Shown one piece after another: positions 17,651-24,323 of a DNA stretch of 64,000 bases. The number at the start of each line of letters is the position of its first letter. Positions within the stretch are counted from its first letter, which is position 1. The position numbers and the translations under genes are program-made. The DNA comes from Candidatus Aenigmatarchaeota archaeon (GTDB lineage Archaea > Aenigmatarchaeota > Aenigmatarchaeia > Aenigmatarchaeales > Aenigmatarchaeaceae). The stretch covers positions 135,497-199,496 of the forward strand of contig JAZDKZ010000006.1 of the NCBI GenBank assembly GCA_043802485.1, read 5' to 3'. A model generated the notes under the pieces. That model did not search any database, was not told where the DNA came from, and saw only the letters and a list, made by a program, of their open reading frames with translations.

Positions 17651-18895
17651 TCATCCACCTTTCTTCACTTTCAGCTTCTTGTAGACATAATTGACAGGAT
17701 TCTTCCTGCAGTACCTTTCCTTTTGGCAGACACCTATTGACTTGTAGAACATGCTTGATTCGCAGTTGGCAGGCATCAGGTCCCTGTTCTGTCTGGTGTG
17801 CCACTTTAGCTGGGTCTTGATAAACCTGTTGCTCAAGGGCTTGTAGTTCTCGTTGTTCCAATCCATAATCCTTTTCTCAATGTCCTCGGGGGTCCAGTTC
17901 ATGTTCTTCAGGAAGGTTATCAAAGTAAAAAGCGATCTCTTCTTGCCGTCTGGTATGCCTTTCAATATGTTCTTTATGCAAGGAGGAAAGTTCTCCTCTG
18001 CAATGGGTGTCGAGAACTTCTTGCCCTTAAACTCTCTTACGATTTCTTTCTCCTTGGGCTGCTTGGCCTTCCATTCCAACGACTTTAGCAGCAATTCTGC
18101 TGCCTCGCCTTCCTTGTTGACAAGAAACTTTACATCGGTTTTGACATTCTCCGGCTTGGCAATATCCTTATTGAAATGCTTCAGGTCCTCGAACCTTATG
18201 GGCTTTGAGACTAGCCAGAACTTTGTATGTAGAGAATAGGGCATCCTGAAAAGGTGGCGGTTGCCCCAGTCCTTTTCTATCTCAAGGAATTCGTAAGGCG
18301 ACAATTCTGACACCGAGTCAACGGTCTTGATAAGTGAGGACACACCTCCTTCCATTTCTATCAACTCTTCTAATAACCTTTCCTTTACAGAGTACCTTAT
18401 GTACTCGGCTAGGGTTCTAGGTATCTCGGGATATCTTTTGCTGATTTCCTTGAAGTCTATCTTCTCTGGGAAAGCTTCCTTGGCTATGGCTATGTGAAAA
18501 CCACGGGAACCGCTGAACTTGATGGTGGGCATCACGCCCATGTCCTTGAGGAAGTTGTAGACCACTCTTGTCCCGACAACAGCATGCTCCAGCTTTGCCT
18601 TGGCGTCAATGTCTATTATGAAATCAAAGCCGCTTCTCATGCTGTTTATTTCCTTCGGGCTCAGCTCGGTAGACAGCTGCATGGGCTGGGTCCATCTTTC
18701 AACAGAGCAATGGAAAGAGACTACCCCTTTTTTCACACGCTCCATTATGTCGTTAGGATAAACTATGATGTCAGGCCTGCTAAGAAAGGAACCATTCTCC
18801 AAGGAGCCGACGACCTCCCTGCCCTTTGCTATCATAGTAATCTCCTTCTGTATATCGTCCCTAGAATAGTACTTGATGACCTCGGACAGATTCAT
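17651..18895 (-). CDS. DNA primase, fused PriS catalytic domain plus PriL C-terminal-like Fe-S domain
   Basis: 414 aa. PriS motifs are FDFIIDIDAK and FSGSRGFHIAI. The C-terminal third has the PriL-type FPPCIKNIL...KRSLFTLITFL motif plus three further Cys (C-x16-C-x6-C). Confidence 0.8.
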   Translation of the reverse strand: MNLSEVIKYYSRDDIQKEITMIAKGREVVGSLENGSFLSRPDIIVYPNDIMERVKKGVVSFHCSVERWTQPMQLSTELSPKEINSMRSGFDFIIDIDAKAKLEHAVVGTRVVYNFLKDMGVMPTIKFSGSRGFHIAIAKEAFPEKIDFKEISKRYPEIPRTLAEYIRYSVKERLLEELIEMEGGVSSLIKTVDSVSELSPYEFLEIEKDWGNRHLFRMPYSLHTKFWLVSKPIRFEDLKHFNKDIAKPENVKTDVKFLVNKEGEAAELLLKSLEWKAKQPKEKEIVREFKGKKFSTPIAEENFPPCIKNILKGIPDGKKRSLFTLITFLKNMNWTPEDIEKRIMDWNNENYKPLSNRFIKTQLKWHTRQNRDLMPANCESSMFYKSIGVCQKERYCRKNPVNYVYKKLKVKKGG

Positions 18896-18928
18896 AGATA
18901 GAATTTTGGGATTGAACTATTTAAAAAA

Positions 18929-19216
18929 TCATCTTCCAATAATTTTAGAAATCCCTTTGCCTATAGGTTTGACAAAATTACTATAAAAATCAGAGGGATG
19001 TTCTCTGTTGTATGTTCTTTTAAGATCATAAGCAGTCTTTACACCACTTGCGGCTAGAAAGGTCAGTAACAAAGCTTCATTTTGAATTTGAGGACCAATA
19101 ATAAGAGGTACATAAATATTTCCTGATAGTTCTATAACATCCTTTACTGTCTTTGTTTTGTCCTCGTTCCATCTTTCGTTTACGAAATTACGAAGCTTGT
19201 ATCTTATGTTTTTCAT
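18929..19216 (-). CDS. Hypothetical protein (95 aa)
   Basis: An internal ATG at 19216 avoids overlap with the deoxyhypusine synthase gene. No recognisable domain. AT-rich. Confidence 0.3.
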   Translation of the reverse strand: MKNIRYKLRNFVNERWNEDKTKTVKDVIELSGNIYVPLIIGPQIQNEALLLTFLAASGVKTAYDLKRTYNREHPSDFYSNFVKPIGKGISKIIGR

Positions 19217-19248
19217 ATTTAGAATATGAAGCGGAAGCTTTAAAATGT

Positions 19249-20181
19249 TTAACTTAATCTTTCCTTCAAAGAGGAAACTATCAAGGGCAAAGCGATGGTC
19301 GCGTCGCAGTTGACACAACATATGTCAGAATCCTTTGTTAGCTTGCCCCAGCTTATGGCTTCTCTTAGCGTGGCTCCGGAAAGACCTCCGAATTGGGGCT
19401 TGTCTGTTGTTATCTGGACAGCGTACTTGTGCGGCTTTTCCGGTATAAGGGCAGATTGCAGGATATAGTTCTTTGGCACGCCGCCACCAAGGATGAAAAC
19501 CCCGCTGCTTCCCCCCTTGTCCTTAATATCATAGTTAAGCTTTATCATCAAGTCCAGGTCCTTTCTAGGATTGATACTAAGCTTCTTGTCCTGGGAATAC
19601 ATCCATACCTGCAGGCCGAGTATGGAATCGAAAAATGCTGGAATTATTATCTTGACCCCGCTTTCGGCGGCAGCCTTTGCTATAGAGTCCTTGTCGTCAA
19701 TCCTTTTTCCTATCTCCTCCATCAGCTCGTATGTGGAGAAATCGCCTTCACATATTTTTTCCAGTATCTTTTGTATGTTCTTCTCGAAAGCTACAAAAGT
19801 CCTGTCAGGCGACAGAACGTCGTATATCCTGCTCATCTTCTCTTCGGCCATCTTGACGTCGTCAACAGTGTCAGGATTGCAGTGCAGATAATGCTCCTTG
19901 CCAAGCGATATTGACAGGTCGTGTGTTATGTTGGCGCCGGTTGATACTATCACGTCAACCCAGCCGTTCCTAATCATCTCCACTATGCATTTTCTCATGC
20001 CTGCCGGAACCAGAGCTCCTGACAGACCAAGGAACTTTACGCATTTCTTGTCCCTTATCATCTTTTCCAGAACATCGACAGAATCACTGAGCTTTCTGGC
20101 GTTGAAGGCTGTCGATTTCATCTGCCGTATCAGCTCATCCACGGTTTGTTTCTTTGGCTCAATATCCTTGACATTAGTCAT
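19249..20181 (-). CDS. dys: Deoxyhypusine synthase
   Basis: 310 aa with the typical DHS layout (FLGLSGALVPAGMR, GGGVPKNY, WGK near the C-terminus). Confidence 0.9.
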   Translation of the reverse strand: MTNVKDIEPKKQTVDELIRQMKSTAFNARKLSDSVDVLEKMIRDKKCVKFLGLSGALVPAGMRKCIVEMIRNGWVDVIVSTGANITHDLSISLGKEHYLHCNPDTVDDVKMAEEKMSRIYDVLSPDRTFVAFEKNIQKILEKICEGDFSTYELMEEIGKRIDDKDSIAKAAAESGVKIIIPAFFDSILGLQVWMYSQDKKLSINPRKDLDLMIKLNYDIKDKGGSSGVFILGGGVPKNYILQSALIPEKPHKYAVQITTDKPQFGGLSGATLREAISWGKLTKDSDICCVNCDATIALPLIVSSLKERLS

Positions 20182-20268
20182 GAGACTAATTCCTTCCTTA
20201 AGAATATAAATTATTAGCGGTTTCGTTGATTTGACAAGGTTTAAGAACTTCTTAAGGAAATAAGTATC

Positions 20269-20853
20269 ATGGCAAAAAAAGAAAAACCATTCTATTCAAA
20301 GCCATGGTTCTGGGCTCTGGTCATAGTCGCTGTTGTTGCAATCTGGATTGTAGGCACATACAACAGCTTCATTTCTATGGATCAGGCAATAAACAACCAA
20401 TGGGCTCAGGTAGAGACACAGTACCAGAGAAGGGTAGACCTTATACCTAATCTTGTGAACACAGCCAAAGGCTACATGCAGTTCGAAAAGTCACTTCTGG
20501 AAGAGATAACAGCTCTCAGGAGCCAGTGGACATCCACATCTGATATCGATGACAAGGTGAACATAGGCAATGCTTTGGACTCTGCTCTAGGAAGGTTGAT
20601 AGTTGTCTATGAGAACTATCCTCAGCTGCAGTCGATACAGGCTGTTTCATCATTGATGGACGAGCTGTCAGGAACAGAGAACAGAATAGCTGTTGAAAGG
20701 ATGAGGTACAACGAAAAGGTCAGGAGCTTCAACACGGCAGTTCTGGTGTTCCCGTCAAACATGCTCGCAGGCATGTTCGGGTTCAGCGAGAGGCCGTACT
20801 TTGAGGCCCAGGAAGGCGCTGACGTCGTACCTGTTGTGAACATAACGGTCTGA
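20269..20853 (+). CDS. lemA: LemA family protein
   Basis: 194 aa. N-terminal TM helix plus YNSFISMDQAINNQWAQVETQYQRRVDLIPNLV, the LemA signature. Confidence 0.9.
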   Translation: MAKKEKPFYSKPWFWALVIVAVVAIWIVGTYNSFISMDQAINNQWAQVETQYQRRVDLIPNLVNTAKGYMQFEKSLLEEITALRSQWTSTSDIDDKVNIGNALDSALGRLIVVYENYPQLQSIQAVSSLMDELSGTENRIAVERMRYNEKVRSFNTAVLVFPSNMLAGMFGFSERPYFEAQEGADVVPVVNITV

Positions 20854-20861
20854 GTGTTTGA

Positions 20862-21671
20862 ATGAAACGCATTTTGTTTTTTATTCTATTCCTAATTTTC
20901 ATTAGCTCTGTCGCTTTTGCAGAGGTTCCCACGCTCCAAAAATACGTCAATGACAATGCCAATGTTCTTTCGGATGCTGACGAGGCAAGACTGAACTCTC
21001 TGGCAGCTATGATAGAGGAGAACACCACCGTAGAGATTGCTATTCTTACGGTTAACAGCCTGGAAGGCGTGTCAATAGAAGAGTACGCTGTGGAGACGTT
21101 TGAGAAGAACGGAATAGGCAAGAAGGATGTTGACAACGGGCTTTTGATAATGGCTACCATCGAGGACAGGGAATGGCGCTTCGAGGTCGGTTATGGCTTG
21201 GAGGGCGTTCTGAACGACGCCAAAGTCGGGCTAATTGGTAGGACATATCTGACGCCTGCTTTCAGGGAAGAGATGTATGGAGACGGTTTCTACGATGCTG
21301 TCAGCGCTGTGTTTATTGTCATACAGAATGGCGGGGACACTTCTTTCATATCAGAGCAGGCGGACTATGAGGAAATCTCTACTATCATCATCTCGCTTGC
21401 TTTTACGCTGATACCAATCGTCTTGATAATAGCATCTATCACAGCGACCCCCAAGTGCCCCGGATGCGGCGGAAAGATGAAGTGCCACGAAGAGGGTGAC
21501 TATTTTGTCTGTGAATGCCTCAAGTGCAAGAAGACTATAAAGAAGAAGAGGGATCGCATTCCGTGGTGGCTGCTGTTCTTCGCAGGCTCTCGAGGACATG
21601 GTAGTAGAAGTGGTGGCGGAGGTTTTGGTGGCGGCTCTTCTGGCGGGGGCGGAGCTTCTGGTAGATGGTAG
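20862..21671 (+). CDS. TPM-domain (YgcG-like) protein with a zinc ribbon and Gly-rich tail
   Basis: Signal peptide, TPM domain (YVNDNANVLS...EIAILTV), a TM helix, CPGCGG...CECLKC, and a C-terminal GGGGFGGGSSGGGG. This is the classic LemA-TPM gene pair. Confidence 0.8.
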   Translation: MKRILFFILFLIFISSVAFAEVPTLQKYVNDNANVLSDADEARLNSLAAMIEENTTVEIAILTVNSLEGVSIEEYAVETFEKNGIGKKDVDNGLLIMATIEDREWRFEVGYGLEGVLNDAKVGLIGRTYLTPAFREEMYGDGFYDAVSAVFIVIQNGGDTSFISEQADYEEISTIIISLAFTLIPIVLIIASITATPKCPGCGGKMKCHEEGDYFVCECLKCKKTIKKKRDRIPWWLLFFAGSRGHGSRSGGGGFGGGSSGGGGASGRW

Positions 21672-21672
21672 C

Positions 21673-22014
21673 ATGCACATCGAGAAAGAAATTGCTAGTT
21701 ATCTTTTACAAAAAGGCGATTCTGTAAGATATTCAGAATTTAGAAAAAGATTCCCTGGCTCTAGTTCTTTAGACAGGCTTCTGTTTCTGATTACTGTCGG
21801 AAAGGTGTGTGTCGTAGGCCAGAGCGAAGATAACGTCATACATGACAAAGAATTTTGCCTTGTAAACAGGTTATGGAACCAGTATGATAGCTTTAGAGAA
21901 CCGCCGTTGGACGAAGACAATGCATACATTCCGCATGACTTAGAAGAAAGAGAACCACTGTTGGCACATATTGAAGTAAGAAAAAAGGTTCCGGAACAAT
22001 GGTTCAAATTTTAA
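21673..22014 (+). CDS. Hypothetical protein (113 aa)
   Basis: ATG 21673 lies directly after the TPM gene stop. No recognisable domain. Confidence 0.35.
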   Translation: MHIEKEIASYLLQKGDSVRYSEFRKRFPGSSSLDRLLFLITVGKVCVVGQSEDNVIHDKEFCLVNRLWNQYDSFREPPLDEDNAYIPHDLEEREPLLAHIEVRKKVPEQWFKF

Positions 22015-22039
22015 ATTAAGAGCAACCCATATCTTCTCT

Positions 22040-22144
22040 ATGATGTCAACCCCAAAGAAATACGCTTTAGCCTTTCTTTTAGCAATAGCAACCTTGATAG
22101 TAATACTGATTATATCGGTTCTGTCTTCTAGGCTTGTCTTCTAA
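22040..22144 (+). CDS. Possible 34-aa single-TM micro-protein
   Basis: MMSTPKKYALAFLLAIATLIVILIISVLSSRLVF. Supported only by the open frame and a clean TM helix. Confidence 0.2.
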   Translation: MMSTPKKYALAFLLAIATLIVILIISVLSSRLVF

Positions 22145-22897
22145 TCATTCTTCAGAAACCCTGGGAGCCAGCACAATGTTCAGGAGAGCGTCCTTGCCCT
22201 TGAATATCATCTTCAATGGGAAATCCTTCCCCATCTTCATGATTATCTTGTCAGAAATCCTCGCGCCCTTGACCATCTTCTTCAGGTAGTCTATCGAATA
22301 TCTGGAGCTCATGATCTCAGGGGTCTCCAGCTTTGTCAGTACGTCGGTTCCCTTGAAGAGCTTCAGCTCGCTCTTGCTGCTGTTGCCAGAAGCATACATC
22401 CTCATGTTATCCGGCGAGAGCTCGATTATTATAGAATCAGCAACAATATCGGCGTCGTTTATGCCCTGCTCTATGACATCAGACCTAACCTCTGCCTCTG
22501 CGGCAAATTCCAGCTTGTCGACCTGGGGCATCTCCTCCCTTCTTATCTCTAGCATAGGTATGGCGAACTTTCTCTTGGAAACGCCGTCCAGGGTGATTTC
22601 CAGCTTGTTCTCCTTCTCGTCAAGTTCCAGGGTCAGCTTGTCGTCGCTGTTGGCCCTTTTCAGAATCGTGAGAAAGTTTATCATATTCAAACCCACTTCC
22701 TTTTCAGCATCGCACGTGTACTCGTCAAAAGCCGAGGACTTTAGCTTGAAATCTACAAAAGAGACTGTGGCACGGTCAGCTGCTGACAGCTCTATGCCGT
22801 CCTTTTTCAGCTTGAACAGACCATCGTCTATCAAAAGGGATATGGTATCAATACTGTCCCTTAGTAATTTTGAATCAGATGTAACTGCCTTGAACAA
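22145..22897 (-). CDS. pcn: DNA polymerase sliding clamp (PCNA)
   Basis: 250 aa with the typical archaeal PCNA N-terminus (MFKAVTSDSKLLRDSIDTISLLIDDGLFKL) and length. Confidence 0.9.
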   Translation of the reverse strand: MFKAVTSDSKLLRDSIDTISLLIDDGLFKLKKDGIELSAADRATVSFVDFKLKSSAFDEYTCDAEKEVGLNMINFLTILKRANSDDKLTLELDEKENKLEITLDGVSKRKFAIPMLEIRREEMPQVDKLEFAAEAEVRSDVIEQGINDADIVADSIIIELSPDNMRMYASGNSSKSELKLFKGTDVLTKLETPEIMSSRYSIDYLKKMVKGARISDKIIMKMGKDFPLKMIFKGKDALLNIVLAPRVSEE

Positions 22898-22901
22898 AAA
22901 A

Positions 22902-23228
22902 TCACCTATTAGCTATTTCCTTTGCCTTTTTATATAAATCGATATTAAAGCCGTCCATGTTCTGTATGGCCTCTCCCCTACACTCGAACCCGTCAATCAT
23001 GGGCATTATTCTGGTTATAACCCTGATCATCTGGCCCTGCCTTACCATGGGGTCCTTTTCAAGGAAAATCTCCACTTTGCCTGTACCGTCATCTATGACA
23101 ACAGAGTTCGGGCTAGAGTCTATGACGGTTCCTGTCAGTCTTAACCTCACATCCAGTTCAGGCTGTATCGAGCATATGTCCTTTTCCTTTGCAGGCAGCC
23201 TTCTTCTTACTATATTTTCCTGAACCAT
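22902..23228 (-). CDS. OB-fold nucleic-acid-binding protein (RPA-small-subunit-like)
   Basis: 108 aa. RLTGTVIDSSPNSVVIDDGTGKVEIFL fits an OB-fold anticodon-binding/RPA-like pattern. The gene ends 4 nt upstream of the PCNA start. Confidence 0.5.
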   Translation of the reverse strand: MVQENIVRRRLPAKEKDICSIQPELDVRLRLTGTVIDSSPNSVVIDDGTGKVEIFLEKDPMVRQGQMIRVITRIMPMIDGFECRGEAIQNMDGFNIDLYKKAKEIANR

Positions 23229-23325
23229 ACAGATTCTATATGGTCCAACAAATAAATAGGTTATTTACAACCTAGTTAACGCATATTCCGTAAGATTTTA
23301 AATACGGATTATAGAATATTATACT

Positions 23326-24120
23326 ATGGTTTTGGAATCGATATTACCGGTAAAAAAGGTGATAAGGAACCCTGTGGAGATGTTCATCTTCTCCATGATA
23401 ATCACCTTTGCGTCAATATACCTTGCAGAGCTCATATTTCCCGGACCGTCCACAGGCAAGATAATAACCCTTTTCATAACAGTGGCTGTGACTCCCATGA
23501 TATACGGCCTTTTCAAGGAGGATGAAAAGGTAGAAAGGGATTGCGCAGAGCACAAGAACAAAAAGTCCTTCTTCGACAGGCACGACGAGATAATATGGTG
23601 CTTCAGCTTCCTGTTCCTCGGGGTCTTTCTGGCAGTATTCACTGTGGCTGTGCTGGCTCCAGAGGCTTATGTGACTTCCATGTTCGACGACCAGATGTCC
23701 GAAATAGAGCGGGTTACCTCCATATCAGGCAGCTTTAGCGTTGCCAGCATTCTCAATATAATAATAATGAACAATCTTAGGGTCATGGCGCTTTCATTCG
23801 TTCTGTCATTCCTTTTAGGAAGCGGTGCGGTCGTGATAATGGCCTGGAACGCCTCTATCCTTGGACTTTATCTAGCATCTTTCGTACGCCAGGGACTTAT
23901 GGAAGAGTTTGTGATGAGAACAGTCGGTCTCATACCTCATGCTCCTATTGAGATAATGGCCTACTTCCTGGCAGGCATAGCAGGCGGCATAATATCTGTC
24001 GGCCTGATAAGGGAGAAGCTGATGAGCAAAGAGTTCGGTCTGATATTCAAGGATGCGCTAATACTGATGGGCCTGGCAGTTCTGGCTGTTCTAATAGGGG
24101 CGGTCATCGAGGTTCTTTAG
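23326..24120 (+). CDS. SpoIIM-like / DUF95 integral membrane protein
   Basis: 264 aa with multiple TM helices. The motif IPHAPIEIMAYFLAGIAGG is typical of the family. Confidence 0.7.
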   Translation: MVLESILPVKKVIRNPVEMFIFSMIITFASIYLAELIFPGPSTGKIITLFITVAVTPMIYGLFKEDEKVERDCAEHKNKKSFFDRHDEIIWCFSFLFLGVFLAVFTVAVLAPEAYVTSMFDDQMSEIERVTSISGSFSVASILNIIIMNNLRVMALSFVLSFLLGSGAVVIMAWNASILGLYLASFVRQGLMEEFVMRTVGLIPHAPIEIMAYFLAGIAGGIISVGLIREKLMSKEFGLIFKDALILMGLAVLAVLIGAVIEVL

Positions 24121-24155
24121 AATTAAATATAAAGAATATACATCAATAATTCTTA

Positions 24156-24230
24156 GGGCTCGTAGTATAACTTGGCTTAGTATTCCAGCTTCGGGGGTTG
24201 GAGATCGGAGTTCAAATCTCCGCGAGCCCA
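24156..24230 (+). tRNA. tRNA-Pro (CGG)
   Basis: Hand-folded. Acceptor stem GGGCTCG/CGAGCCC, anticodon arm CCAGC-TTCGGGG-GTTGG (anticodon CGG, G37), T arm CGGAG-TTCAAAT-CTCCG, discriminator A. A TATA-like TTAAATATAAA lies about 30 nt upstream. Confidence 0.85.
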
Positions 24231-24270
24231 CTTGCTATATCATAATATTATCATTTCTAGGTAGTGAATA

Positions 24271-24287
24271 AACGATAGCTTTAAATA
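24271..24287 (+). promoter_or_regulatory. Extended promoter box AACGATAGCTTTAAATA
   Basis: It lies about 40 nt upstream of ATG 24324. Near-identical 17-mers occur at 56016 and 58162. Confidence 0.55.
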
Positions 24288-24323
24288 GTTTTTCTTTGTA
24301 TTATGTTACTATAGAGTGGTAAC

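Noticed and set aside
17637-17861. 74-aa minus-strand ORF overlapping the primase 3' end.
   Set aside because: It is an alternative frame of the primase C-terminal Fe-S domain region. The primase frame carries the conserved motifs.
22311-22937. 208-aa Ser-rich ORF on the plus strand.
   Set aside because: It lies entirely antisense to the clearly recognisable PCNA gene. Its low-complexity composition is typical of shadow ORFs.
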